Assembly (NCBI GenBank): GCA_964566535.1
Contig: CAZMIO010000008.1
Span: 1 to 48,761, forward strand
Direction of reading: 5' to 3'
DNA from: an uncultured Methanosarcinales archaeon
GTDB lineage: Archaea > Nanobdellota > Nanobdellia > Woesearchaeales > CAZOXR01
Length of the DNA stretch: 48,761 nucleotides
Position 1 is the first letter of the stretch, and every line of letters starts with the position of its first letter. Below are positions 1 through 10,382 of the stretch, one piece after another. The notes below the pieces were generated by a model. The model searched no databases. It was given only the letters and a program-made list of their open reading frames with translations, and had not been told where the DNA came from. Made by a program: the position numbers and the translations under genes.

Positions 1-139
1 TTTTGGAGTGTGCTCAGAAATGTCTATTTCTGACATTTGAGCATGCTCAGAATTCCACCGCACATCACCAATCACACATCAAGGATGGATATCTCTGAGT
101 ATCCTAGAAACCTACGATTTCCAATAAACTGGTGGAATT
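1..139. repeat. Imperfect palindromic/hairpin sequence at window start
   Basis: GAGTGTGCTCAGAAATGTC...GACATTTGAGCATGCTC (6-48); AATTCCACC (51-59) / GGTGGAATT (131-139); may be cut by the window edge. Confidence 0.4.
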
Positions 140-212
140 GCGACATTATAAACTACAATGGAAATATTTATATAGACGTATTCCATAAATATAGTAAAAA
201 GAGGGGGGATTA

Positions 213-1142
213 ATGGTAAATATAGAAAAATCGCACTTAGACATATTTGATAAGCTTACAGATCAAATTAACAGTTCAGCAAAAAAATTCACCCAGAACT
301 CATATAAAGTAGACCTAAACGGATATGAGCAGGCATTAGATAGAAGTGACTTATCTGCTGTTGAAAAAAAAGAGCTAGTAAGCAACAAATTAACCGAATT
401 AACAGTAAAAACATTTTCAATAGACATATCAAAGATAAGTTCAAAGAGCAAAATCATCACAACCTTAAAAAGTAACATAGGTGTCTTAAGAAAGCTGGTT
501 ACAATGTTAAGGGACATCAACCACTACCTAGAAGACTCATTATTAGAAGACTTAGACCTCACCAAACCAATATCGTTCGAAACATTAAAAATTAAAGATA
601 TCAAAAAAATCCTAAAAAAGGATGCGAGTCATTTCGGCAAAGAAGATGTCGAAAAACTCGAACTCACAGTATACAAACTGTTCAGCAAAATAATATTTTT
701 GGACCAAAGGTTACTAAAAAAATACCAAAGAAGAGAAGAAAAAATAATAAAGACGTCAAGTTTAAAGGCAAAAGATCTGAACAAAATCTTAAAAAAAGAA
801 TCTGAACTTTTAAGCCACCTGGAAGCAAAACTTCCTCCACCATCAAAGATCAACAACAAACTACTAGAAAAAAGCACATTCAGTGAATGGGTTTCAAGAA
901 TATTAGCATTAATCATTTCATTTAAGAGTGAACATAAGAAGGAAGAACTGATCTTCCAAAAACTAAAAAAGAATAAAAGAATAAAAAAGAAGGTCGATAT
1001 TAAAATAAACCATCTCTTAAAGGAGAAATGGGAGCTCTTAAAACTCAAAGAATCAAGAGTATTATCAACTGAGAATGTCAAAGGAATTGACTCAGAACAT
1101 CATAGAATAAGCAGGCATTACGCCTCAGTTTCAAAGTTATAG
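213..1142 (+). CDS. Hypothetical Lys/Leu-rich helical protein
   Basis: 309-aa ORF; TATA (TTTATATA ~167-174) and GAGGGGG SD upstream; no recognisable motif. Confidence 0.75.
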   Translation: MVNIEKSHLDIFDKLTDQINSSAKKFTQNSYKVDLNGYEQALDRSDLSAVEKKELVSNKLTELTVKTFSIDISKISSKSKIITTLKSNIGVLRKLVTMLRDINHYLEDSLLEDLDLTKPISFETLKIKDIKKILKKDASHFGKEDVEKLELTVYKLFSKIIFLDQRLLKKYQRREEKIIKTSSLKAKDLNKILKKESELLSHLEAKLPPPSKINNKLLEKSTFSEWVSRILALIISFKSEHKKEELIFQKLKKNKRIKKKVDIKINHLLKEKWELLKLKESRVLSTENVKGIDSEHHRISRHYASVSKL

Positions 1143-1148
1143 AACAAA

Positions 1149-1706
1149 ATGGAATCAGCAAAAGAAGAACAAGCAGTTGTATTGGACTTTTTGCCGCATG
1201 GCTACCCATTTGACAAACGTCCAGTACACGTAAAGACTCCAATAGTCCAAGCCATAGGGAAAAATCGTTTTGTCCTATTAGAATTAGCTCCAAAAAAGGA
1301 TGTCCATTTACAACCGCACCAAGAAGTGTACATCGGAGAGGGCAAAAGAGACCAAATCCATCACATTGTTGGAAAACTAACTATAGAAAAACTTACCAAT
1401 ACTGCTAGGAATGAACTTAATTTTATAATTGAAGATATCATAAAAAAAGACGAAAAAAGATTCATAGAGTTCTTCAATAATGCAAAGCCACTAAGTACAA
1501 GAATGCATCAGCTAGAGTTATTGCCAGGTGTCGGAAAGAAACACATGTGGGAGATAATAAACGCAAGAAAAGAAGACGATTTCAAATCGTTCGAAGACAT
1601 AAAGAAAAGAGTAAAACTAATCCCCTCACCAGAAAAAACAGTAATAAAGAGGATCATGGAAGAATTAAAAGGTGACGAGAAACACAGACTCTTTGTTGAT
1701 ATATGA
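1149..1706 (+). CDS. DUF655 family predicted nucleic-acid-binding protein
   Basis: VLDFLPHG, QAIG..F.LLEL, RMHQLELLPGVGKK (HhH) motifs typical of archaeal DUF655. Confidence 0.9.
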   Translation: MESAKEEQAVVLDFLPHGYPFDKRPVHVKTPIVQAIGKNRFVLLELAPKKDVHLQPHQEVYIGEGKRDQIHHIVGKLTIEKLTNTARNELNFIIEDIIKKDEKRFIEFFNNAKPLSTRMHQLELLPGVGKKHMWEIINARKEDDFKSFEDIKKRVKLIPSPEKTVIKRIMEELKGDEKHRLFVDI

Positions 1707-2353
1707 TGCCCCTCAAGCGACCAAAGCAAATTAAGATAGGCAAAATAAGTACTTCTGAGATTGAATTAAGGGACTTGTTAAAGGCATGGCTAGCAATCTC
1801 ATTAGCATTTACAATATTATTCACAGGAGGAATTTCATTCTCCGTAAATTTCTATTACTTTTTCATTGTAGCATCCTTAACAGTAGGAATAGGATTCCTA
1901 TTCCATGAGATGGGGCACAAATTGTCAGCACAACACTATGGTTGCTTTGCAGAGTTCAGATCTTTTGACAATATGCTTTTCCTAGCTATTGTAATGTCCT
2001 TCTTCGGTTTTATTTTCGCAGCTCCAGGTGCAGTCATGATCTCAGGACCAGTTGGGAAAAAAAGAAATGGAATAATCTCAATGTCAGGACCATTAGTAAA
2101 TATTTCCCTAGCAGTACTCTTCTTCGCATTAATGCTAATCCCCACTCCAGAATTATTAGCCCCAATTTTGTTCATAGGATTCTTCATAAACTCACTATTA
2201 GCATTGTTTAATATGCTCCCATTTTGGAATTTTGACGGAAAAAAGATATTAGCATGGAACAAAATAGTATACACAATAATGACCATCACTTCATTCACTT
2301 TATTTATGATAAGCCAAAGTTTTTATAGAAGCTTCCTTACAAATGGATTATAA
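1703..2353 (+). CDS. M50 family (site-2) membrane zinc metalloprotease
   Basis: HEMGH zinc motif, GPLVN, FNMLP..NFDG motif, multiple TM segments. Confidence 0.9.
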   Translation: MMPLKRPKQIKIGKISTSEIELRDLLKAWLAISLAFTILFTGGISFSVNFYYFFIVASLTVGIGFLFHEMGHKLSAQHYGCFAEFRSFDNMLFLAIVMSFFGFIFAAPGAVMISGPVGKKRNGIISMSGPLVNISLAVLFFALMLIPTPELLAPILFIGFFINSLLALFNMLPFWNFDGKKILAWNKIVYTIMTITSFTLFMISQSFYRSFLTNGL

Positions 2354-2457
2354 TGATGAAAAAATGTCCTCTATGCGGTAAGTTAGTAAGACCAGGAGAA
2401 AAATACTGCTGGAACTGTGAGCAAGATATAGCCGAGATTAGCGGTGAGGAAGAGTAA
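2353..2457 (+). CDS. Small CPxCG zinc-ribbon protein (34 aa, not in ORF track)
   Basis: Hand translation MMKKCPLCGKLVRPGEKYCWNCEQDIAEISGEEE; start overlaps upstream stop (TAATG). Confidence 0.65.
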   Translation: MMKKCPLCGKLVRPGEKYCWNCEQDIAEISGEEE

Positions 2458-2521
2458 CATATTTCCAAAATCCAAAAGAAAAACAAAAATATTATAAACA
2501 CTTTGACTACATTTATTGACT

Positions 2522-4186
2522 ATGGATATTAAGGAACAGTTAACTAAAATTCTAAAAAAAGAACTAAAGTTAGACTTCAATCTTGAGGTTCCATCAAACC
2601 CAGAATTCGGAGACTATGCCCTACCTTGTTTCACTTTCTCAAAGACTCTCAAAAAAAGCCCAAATGAAATAGCAAAAGACCTAGCCAAAAAAATAAAGTC
2701 AAACAAACTAATCAAAAAATTAGAGATTAAAGGCCCATACCTAAACATCTTCCTAAACAAAGAAAACATCATAAGCGATGTACTAAAGAAAATCGCTAAA
2801 GAGGCAGACAACTATGGCTCTTCAAACGCTAAAGGCAAAGTCCTAATAGAACATACAAGCATTAATCCAAATGCATCCCCTCACGTTGGCAGAGCAAGAA
2901 ACGCATTAATCGGAGACAGCGTTACAAGGATACTAAAATTCCAGGGCTATAAAGTAGAAACTCATTATTTTGTAAATGACATCGGAAAACAAATAGCAAT
3001 GTTAGTTCTCGGTGCAGAAAAAAAGAAGGACATTCAGTTCAAAGATCTACTAAAAACATATATAGGCATAAACAAGAAAGTGGAAAATAATCCTAAACTA
3101 GAAAAAGAAGTTTTCAATTTACTACACAAGCTAGAAGCCCATGATGATGAAACAGTTAAAAGATTCAGGGAAATTGTCGATATCTGCATCAAAGGTCAGT
3201 CAGAGATATTCTCTAAACTAAACATCGAATACGATGTTTTCGACTACGAGTCAGATTACCTTTGGAAACAAGAGACTAAAACCGTCCTTGAAAAACTCAA
3301 AGAAACTGGCAAACTATTCACAGATGAACATGGAAGACTTGTTCTAAACCAAGAAGGATATAATCTAGCAATGAAAAGTCCTGTCCTCGTCCTCACAAGA
3401 GCAGATAAAACATCATTATACCCATTAAGAGATATAGCATATACCCTCGATAAGATAAACAAAGGATTCGAAAGAAACATCTTAGTATTGGGAGAAGACC
3501 AAAAACTATACTTCCAGCAGCTATCATCAGCATTAGACTTACTAGGACATAAGTCCCAAGAAGTCATCCATTATTCATTCGTTCTATTAACAGAAGGAAA
3601 GATGTCAACAAGAAAAGGAACTGTTGTCCTCTTAGAAGACTTCATGAAAGAAGCAGTTGACAAAGCAAAAAAAGAACTAAAGAAGAGAGAAATAGGGGGA
3701 GAAGAGTTAGAAAACAGAGCAGGGGCAATTGCTTACTCTGCAATAAAATATTCAATACTAAAAGTTTCTCCAGAAAAAAACGTAACATTTGACTGGGAAC
3801 ATGCATTAGCTTTCGAAGGAGATACAGGACCATATCTGCAGTATGCTTATGCAAGAATATGTTCAATACTAAGTAAACACGGAGAAGAACTAGACAAAAA
3901 CATAGATTTTACACTTCTAAAAAAAACCGAAGAAACCAATTTAATAAAGAAACTTGAAGAATTCCCATCCATAGTAAAGAGTGCAGAAGAAGAATTACGC
4001 CCTCACTTAATTGCAACCTACATATATTCATTGTCAAGGCTCCTAAGCGAGTTCTACCACAAATGCAATGTTCTAAAAGAAAAAGATAAACTAAAAAAAG
4101 CAAGATTGGTACTAATCGATTCAGTAAGACAAGTTCTTAAGAATGGTCTAAATTTGTTAGGCATTGACGTGTTAGAAAGAATGTGA
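2522..4186 (+). CDS. argS: Arginine--tRNA ligase
   Basis: FGDY, EHTSINPNASPHVGRARN (HIGH-like), KMSTRKG, GDTGPYLQYAYAR, C-terminal ERM. Confidence 0.97.
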   Translation: MDIKEQLTKILKKELKLDFNLEVPSNPEFGDYALPCFTFSKTLKKSPNEIAKDLAKKIKSNKLIKKLEIKGPYLNIFLNKENIISDVLKKIAKEADNYGSSNAKGKVLIEHTSINPNASPHVGRARNALIGDSVTRILKFQGYKVETHYFVNDIGKQIAMLVLGAEKKKDIQFKDLLKTYIGINKKVENNPKLEKEVFNLLHKLEAHDDETVKRFREIVDICIKGQSEIFSKLNIEYDVFDYESDYLWKQETKTVLEKLKETGKLFTDEHGRLVLNQEGYNLAMKSPVLVLTRADKTSLYPLRDIAYTLDKINKGFERNILVLGEDQKLYFQQLSSALDLLGHKSQEVIHYSFVLLTEGKMSTRKGTVVLLEDFMKEAVDKAKKELKKREIGGEELENRAGAIAYSAIKYSILKVSPEKNVTFDWEHALAFEGDTGPYLQYAYARICSILSKHGEELDKNIDFTLLKKTEETNLIKKLEEFPSIVKSAEEELRPHLIATYIYSLSRLLSEFYHKCNVLKEKDKLKKARLVLIDSVRQVLKNGLNLLGIDVLERM

Positions 4187-4235
4187 TTATCACAACATAA
4201 ACTATTTATAACAACAACCAAAAACTAATTCTACC

Positions 4236-5489
4236 ATGAAACTAGTCTGTATAGAATGTAAAAAGTCATACCTGGCAGAAGAAATCCGATATAGATGCGA
4301 CTGCGGAAACCTACTTGAAATAATCTCAGATCTAAAAAAATTCAACAGATCACCAAAACAGTGGAAACAACACTTCGAAAATAACAACTCAAAACCCCCT
4401 TTCCTAAGATACAAAGACATACTTCTACCTGACCTCCCAGACAATCAAGTTATCTTACTAAATGAAGGAGACACTCCCCTCTACCCTGCAACAAAAGAGA
4501 TGCAGGAATACTTCAAAATAACCAATTTAAAATTAAAACACGAAGGAATGAACCCCACACTCAGCTTCAAAGACAGAGGTATGGTTGCAGCAGTATCATG
4601 GGCAAAACATCTAAAAGTAAAATTAGTTGCCTGCGCATCAACTGGAGATACATCTGCCTCAATGGCAGCTTACGCAGCCTATGCTAGAATCAAAAGAGTA
4701 GTCTTATTACCAGAAGGAAAGGTCTCAATAGAACAATTATCCCAACCAATCTCATCAGGCGCAATAACATTAGAACTGGACACCGATTTCGATGGTTGTA
4801 TGAAACTAGTTCAAGAATTAACCAAAAAATACCCAATCTACTTATTAAATTCTATGAACTCAATAAGAATTGAAGGTCAAAAAGCAATTGGTATCGAAAC
4901 ACTACACCAATTAAATTGGGAAGTTCCTGATTGGTTCATCGTTCCAGTAGGAAACGCCGGAAACATTTCAGCCTTAGGTAAAGGATTAAGAGAACTTCAT
5001 GAATTAGGAATAATCAACAAACTCCCAAGACTCGCAGGAATTGAAGTAAAAGCCGCAAACCCTCTGTACATAAGCTACAAAAACAACTGGGCACCATTAG
5101 AGCCAGTCCAAGCAAAAGAAACAGTAGCATCAGCAATCCAAATTGGCAATCCAGTCTCATTCAAAAAAGCAGTTAGAGAACTTAAACATTTCAAAGGAGT
5201 CATGGAACAAGTAAGTGAACAAGAAGTCAAAGACGCAAAAGCAGTTGTAGACGCATCTGGAATCCCAATCTGTCCAAATTCAGCAGCAGCAATGGCTGGA
5301 CTAAAAAAACTAATAGATAACAACATAATAAAACAAGAAGAAAGTGTAGTTGCAATCATGACTGCACATGGCGGAAAGTTCTCAAAAGCTGTAATTGATT
5401 ATCATAAAGGCAACAACAAATTCTCAAACAAGCCAAAGTCTCTAAAAGCAAATTTAGAAACGATTGAAGAGACTTTAGGATTGAAATGA
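4236..5489 (+). CDS. thrC: Threonine synthase
   Basis: EGDTPL, NPTLSFKDRG (PLP lysine), ASTGDTSAS, PVGNAGN; N-terminal Cys ribbon. Confidence 0.95.
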   Translation: MKLVCIECKKSYLAEEIRYRCDCGNLLEIISDLKKFNRSPKQWKQHFENNNSKPPFLRYKDILLPDLPDNQVILLNEGDTPLYPATKEMQEYFKITNLKLKHEGMNPTLSFKDRGMVAAVSWAKHLKVKLVACASTGDTSASMAAYAAYARIKRVVLLPEGKVSIEQLSQPISSGAITLELDTDFDGCMKLVQELTKKYPIYLLNSMNSIRIEGQKAIGIETLHQLNWEVPDWFIVPVGNAGNISALGKGLRELHELGIINKLPRLAGIEVKAANPLYISYKNNWAPLEPVQAKETVASAIQIGNPVSFKKAVRELKHFKGVMEQVSEQEVKDAKAVVDASGIPICPNSAAAMAGLKKLIDNNIIKQEESVVAIMTAHGGKFSKAVIDYHKGNNKFSNKPKSLKANLETIEETLGLK

Positions 5490-6703
5490 AATACATAATC
5501 TTCGTTGGAGATGGGATGGGCGACTACCCAGTTAAAGAACTAGATAACAAAACACCTTTACAAGTAGCCGATACCCCAAATATGGACTTCTTAGTAAAGA
5601 AAGCAAATTGCGGAAAATTAATCACAATACCAGAAGGTCTCCAGCCAGGCTCAGCAGTAGCAAACATGTCAATCCTAGGTTATGATCCAAAAATCTACTT
5701 CACAGGTAGAGGAGCACTAGAAGCCCCAAGCGTGGGAGTAAAATTAACAGAAAACGACATAGTGTTTAGATGCAATCTGATAACAGAAAAAGATGGAAAA
5801 GTAATAGACTATTCATCAGGCCACATCACTACAGAAGAATCTAAAGAATTAATGCTTTTCGTAAACAAAAAACTAGGAAACGAAGACATAAAGTTCTTTC
5901 CAGGTATCTCCTACCGCCATATACTGACAATAGATAAGAACAGATTCTCAGAAGAATTAGTCTGTAATGCACCTCACGATTTCATTGGAGAAAAAGTAAC
6001 AGAGTTACTAACAAAACCAAGAAATGAGAAAGCAAAAGAAACAGCTAACATGATAAACAAAATAATCCTAGACTCAAAAGATATCCTAGAACAACATCCA
6101 ATAAACATTAAGAGAAAACAAGAAGGGAAAAATATGGGAAACATGGTCTGGCCTTGGTCACCAGGAACTATTCCAAAGATGAAAACCTTCAAAGAACTCT
6201 ACAACATCAACGGAGCAGTAATCAGTGCAGTTGATTTAATCTTTGGTATAGGCCATTACGCAGGTTTAGACCCAATCCATGTCAAAGGCGCAACTGGACT
6301 TTATGATACAAACTATGAAGGAAAGGCAGATGCAACAATAAAAGCATTAGAAAAATATGATTTCGTATTCGTCCACGTAGAAGCAATCGACGAAGCATCC
6401 CATGCAGCTGACCTAAAGCTAAAGATAAAAACAATTGAAGACTTTGACAAAAGACTTATTGGAAACGTACTAAAAAAAGTAGACCTAACAAATACAGTGA
6501 TAGCTGTAACTCCAGACCACGCTACTCCAATTGAAGTAAAAACTCATACTAGAGATCCCGTACCTTTCTTAATTTACAAACCAAATGTAAATCCTGACTC
6601 AGTAAAAGAATTCAATGAGTACTCTACAGAAAACGGAAACTTCGGAATTGTTAAAACAATTGAGTTTATTAAAATAGTTTTAGAAAATCCAATTAATCAA
6701 TAA
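5486..6703 (+). CDS. apgM: Cofactor-independent phosphoglycerate mutase family (ApgM-like; possibly homoserine-kinase-type)
   Basis: GDGMGD, KTPLQ.A.TPNMD, PGSAVAN, DEASH, PDHATP...H; ATGA overlap with thrC. Confidence 0.85.
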   Translation: MKYIIFVGDGMGDYPVKELDNKTPLQVADTPNMDFLVKKANCGKLITIPEGLQPGSAVANMSILGYDPKIYFTGRGALEAPSVGVKLTENDIVFRCNLITEKDGKVIDYSSGHITTEESKELMLFVNKKLGNEDIKFFPGISYRHILTIDKNRFSEELVCNAPHDFIGEKVTELLTKPRNEKAKETANMINKIILDSKDILEQHPINIKRKQEGKNMGNMVWPWSPGTIPKMKTFKELYNINGAVISAVDLIFGIGHYAGLDPIHVKGATGLYDTNYEGKADATIKALEKYDFVFVHVEAIDEASHAADLKLKIKTIEDFDKRLIGNVLKKVDLTNTVIAVTPDHATPIEVKTHTRDPVPFLIYKPNVNPDSVKEFNEYSTENGNFGIVKTIEFIKIVLENPINQ

Positions 6704-6788
6704 TTTAATTACAATAAATCCCATCCTCCATAATTATTAATGTAATTTCCATAAACATTTAAATATAAGTTAAGTTATTACAATCAAA

Positions 6789-7004
6789 ATGGAAAACTGG
6801 ATAACAATTGCTCTCGGATTCACCATGGGATACTTTCTGATTAGATTCATAAATAGAAAACAGAAGAGTCCAAGTGATATCTACACCGCTACATCAACAA
6901 CTGTAAGTAATAAACAAACAGACACTGAACAAGAAAAGAAATATTCAGCTTCTAACATACTAACAGATGAGAAGTACAAAGTTAAAGGTCAGTGGGATAA
7001 ATAA
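6789..7004 (+). CDS. Small single-TM hypothetical protein
   Basis: 71-aa ORF with N-terminal hydrophobic helix; TATA-like TTTAAATA upstream. Confidence 0.7.
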   Translation: MENWITIALGFTMGYFLIRFINRKQKSPSDIYTATSTTVSNKQTDTEQEKKYSASNILTDEKYKVKGQWDK

Positions 7005-7017
7005 AAGAAAAAATAAA

Positions 7018-8181
7018 CTAAATCCCAGCTTCTTTCTTAAGAATCTCAGCCTTATCAGTCTGCTCCCATGTAAAGTCAGGATCAGTCCTTCCAAAATGTC
7101 CATAAGCTGCTGTCTTTCTGTAGATTGGTCTCCTCAACTTCAAACCATCAATAATTCCCTTAGGTTTTAAGTCAAAGTTCTTTGAAACCAATTCAGAAAT
7201 CTTCCCTTCATCTATCTTATTGGTTCCAAAACAATCAACATTTACAGATGTCGGTTCACTTACTCCAATACAATAGCTAAGAGCAACCTCACACTTATCA
7301 GCAAGTCCTGCTGCAACAATATTCTTTGCAACATACCTAGCAGCATATGCTGCTGATCTATCAACTTTTGAAGGATCCTTTCCAGAGAATGCTCCGCCAC
7401 CATGTCTTCCAACTCCGCCATAAGTATCCACAATAATCTTCCTTCCTGTAAGTCCAGTATCCCCTTCAGGACCGCCAACTACAAATAGTCCTGTTGCGTT
7501 AATCAATATTTTAGTTTTTTCATCAATGTAATCTTTGCAGATTGGAGTTATTACATGCTCAACAATCTTCTCTTTAAGTTCCTGCTCAGAAATCTCTTCC
7601 TTGTGCTGCTGTGCAATAACAATTGCAGTTGCTTTTTTTGGAGTTGCGCCATCATACTCAATGCTTACTTGACTCTTTCCATCAGGACCTAAGTGAGGAA
7701 TAATTCCTTCTTTTCTGACATAAGCTAACCTTCTTGTCAATTTATGTGCTAAAGTTATCGGTAAAGGCATTAGCTCTTCTGTTTCATTACAAGCAAAGCC
7801 ATACATCATTCCCTGGTCTCCTGCTCCCTGCTCTTTATCCTCCCCCTCGCCTTCTGAAACTCCCTGACTAATATCTGGACTCTGTTCGTGTATAGCAACC
7901 CATACACCTGCATCATCACAGTCAATTCCAAACTTAGGATCAGTATATCCAATTTCCTTCAATACCCCTCTAACTACCTTCTGAACGTCAACATATCCTT
8001 TCGTAGTCACTTCACCAGAAACATGCACAGAACCAGTTGTTGTTAATGTCTCAACAGCCACTCTTGATTGAGGGTCTTGTTTAAATAATTCATCTAAAAT
8101 ACCATCAGATATCTGGTCACACACTTTGTCCGGATGACCTTCGGTCACACTCTCACTCGTTATATAAGTTATTTTACCCAT
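7018..8181 (-). CDS. metK: S-adenosylmethionine synthetase, bacterial/eukaryotic type
   Basis: [33 protein letters not shown] signatures; AGGAGG SD. Confidence 0.97.
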   Translation of the reverse strand: MGKITYITSESVTEGHPDKVCDQISDGILDELFKQDPQSRVAVETLTTTGSVHVSGEVTTKGYVDVQKVVRGVLKEIGYTDPKFGIDCDDAGVWVAIHEQSPDISQGVSEGEGEDKEQGAGDQGMMYGFACNETEELMPLPITLAHKLTRRLAYVRKEGIIPHLGPDGKSQVSIEYDGATPKKATAIVIAQQHKEEISEQELKEKIVEHVITPICKDYIDEKTKILINATGLFVVGGPEGDTGLTGRKIIVDTYGGVGRHGGGAFSGKDPSKVDRSAAYAARYVAKNIVAAGLADKCEVALSYCIGVSEPTSVNVDCFGTNKIDEGKISELVSKNFDLKPKGIIDGLKLRRPIYRKTAAYGHFGRTDPDFTWEQTDKAEILKKEAGI

Positions 8182-8309
8182 ATTAAACTACCTCCTTGGT
8201 TTTTAAGTACCTAAAGAAGCAGTTTATTTATAAAATTGATTGACTAGAATATTCTGATTGGAATAATAAGGATTTCTAGATGTTTGTGCAAAGATGATTC
8301 TAAAGAGAA

Positions 8310-9155
8310 TTAACTCCTCCTCTCCCTATCCTGAACTACCCTTTTCAATCTAGCCATAGCCTCAAGTTCAATCTGCCTTGCTCCTTCTTTCGTAACACTC
8401 ATTACCAATCCCACCTCCTTCAAAGTTCGCTCTTCCCCAGTATCAAAACCATACCTTAACCTTAACATACGAGCATGTCTTTCAGGAAGGCACCTAAGTA
8501 ACCCTTCAACATTATCATCCCTTACAAATCCGTCTATATACCCATCACCCTCATCAGGGATTGTTTCTCGATATGTAGCTCCACCATCATCTCCGACCTC
8601 TGCATCCAAACTCAAATTAGGTTGCGCAACCCCATAATCCGTATATAGTTGTCTAACAGCAGCAACCGACATTTCCATCTTTTCTGCAAGTTCACCAACT
8701 GTTGGCTCACGATCCAGCTCTTGGATTAGCTCTCCCTCTGCACTATTTAACCTTTTCATATCAGCTATCCTATACCCAGGTATACGAATTGTCCGACATT
8801 GTTCATCCAGAGCCCTAAGAACTTCTCGCCTTATCCACCACACAACATAAGTTGAAACATTAACTTCTCTATTAAGATCAAATTTCTCAATACCTTGCAT
8901 TAACCCATCGACACCTTCCTGCATCAAGTCATCAAAAGGAACTACATCTTCACCCCTATAATATCTTCCCACAATACTACCGACCAATCTTAGATTATGC
9001 AGAACTAGTTTATCCCTCGCTCCAACATCTCCACAAATCCTATAATCCCGAAGAAGTAGTTTTTGTGTTGGATTATCAAGGACTTTATACCTAGCAACCA
9101 GTCCACTATGATGATCTGAAGTAGCACCCCCTCCAGTAGGTCCATTATACGCCAT
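8310..9155 (-). CDS. Sigma-70 family factor (regions 2-4, RpoD/RpoS-like)
   Basis: HNLRLV, DLMQEG..GL..GIEKFD, STYVVWWIR, RTIRIP, REPT..ELA, SLD, LRYG..ERTLKEVG..TKEGARQIE. Confidence 0.9.
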   Translation of the reverse strand: MAYNGPTGGGATSDHHSGLVARYKVLDNPTQKLLLRDYRICGDVGARDKLVLHNLRLVGSIVGRYYRGEDVVPFDDLMQEGVDGLMQGIEKFDLNREVNVSTYVVWWIRREVLRALDEQCRTIRIPGYRIADMKRLNSAEGELIQELDREPTVGELAEKMEMSVAAVRQLYTDYGVAQPNLSLDAEVGDDGGATYRETIPDEGDGYIDGFVRDDNVEGLLRCLPERHARMLRLRYGFDTGEERTLKEVGLVMSVTKEGARQIELEAMARLKRVVQDRERRS

Positions 9156-9265
9156 AAACTAAGAGTTTTAGAATCAGTTATAAAGTTTACTCAAAGAAAA
9201 TCAGAACTTCATTAAAGGTATTATTGGTACCAATCTAAATATTCTAAAAATTTTAAAATCCCTTA

Positions 9266-10291
9266 TCAGTATTGTATTGTCTGTTTATAAGATATTGAAA
9301 CTGGAACAAATCCCTCAGAACCAGTTCCCAATAGCTGCGATGAAGGATCAGCTAACAAAGGATTAGATTTATGAAAATGCCACTCGTTCTGACCCTTATT
9401 AAAAGTAAACTTTCCATCCTCATAAGTTGCTATATGAAAATCAGTTCCAACAAGATCTGCTGACATGAACACCTTTCCATTAGGAAATAATAAGATTCTT
9501 TGCCCATCATCACTATGATACGATCTAGACTGGAATGGAACGTATCCCTCCCCCTGAGCTGCCTCGTGCTCATCCTGTGTTAAGTACATAAAAGGAACCC
9601 TAAGCCTTACGCCTTGGACATCCTCTAAAGAAAGCAACCGCTCCCTCGTTTCAATCCACCTTTCTGGAGCAACATAAAGTTCTGGGTGATGGTTAGCATT
9701 TCCAGTGATTGAAACAAGATGGAAATTGATTTCTTCAACACCCAACTCTCTAAAATATCTAACAGCATCTTCTACTGAATCTATATTCAAACCATTGACT
9801 GTATAGTTAACATAAGCGTTGAATCCCCTTGCATTTAACAATTCAAGAGTAGGTATGACCTTCTCAAAAGTTCCAGTCCCCCTAACAGAATCATTAGTTT
9901 CAGGGGTATGACCGTCAAGACTAACAGAAATGTGATGCAAAGCTGAGGTAGGCACTGCATCAATATCAAAAAAACCAAGCCCTCTACCATTTGTAGTCAT
10001 TCTTCTCTCTTTTATATCAAATTCTGCTCCCTTCAACACAAAATCAGAAATATCAGGATGAAGTGTAGGTTCTCCTCCTAAAAAAGTAAGCCTGTCTAAC
10101 CCTTGGCTTCCAAAGTGGTCAATAATTGCCAATCCCTCCTCCCTGCCGAATCCCCCGTAACCATTTAACCAATCATTACCTACATAACAAGATTTACATC
10201 TAAGGTTGCACTCCAAAGTAACGTAAAACATCAGGTCTCTGACTGATATGCCTTCAGCCCTTAATTCATCATCATCAATCGTTATTGTCAT
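9266..10291 (-). CDS. Radical SAM protein
   Basis: CNLRCKSC (CxxxCxxC), GGEPTLH, TTNG, VSLDG; start placed at MTITIDDD just downstream of a TATA box. Confidence 0.9.
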   Translation of the reverse strand: MTITIDDDELRAEGISVRDLMFYVTLECNLRCKSCYVGNDWLNGYGGFGREEGLAIIDHFGSQGLDRLTFLGGEPTLHPDISDFVLKGAEFDIKERRMTTNGRGLGFFDIDAVPTSALHHISVSLDGHTPETNDSVRGTGTFEKVIPTLELLNARGFNAYVNYTVNGLNIDSVEDAVRYFRELGVEEINFHLVSITGNANHHPELYVAPERWIETRERLLSLEDVQGVRLRVPFMYLTQDEHEAAQGEGYVPFQSRSYHSDDGQRILLFPNGKVFMSADLVGTDFHIATYEDGKFTFNKGQNEWHFHKSNPLLADPSSQLLGTGSEGFVPVSISYKQTIQY

Positions 10292-10382
10292 TTTAATCTG
10301 AATGATACAAAACTCCTTATAAATTATCCTGCCCGAAAAATTCCAAAAAGAATAAATACTAGTAGTCATTATTCCTCTTAAA

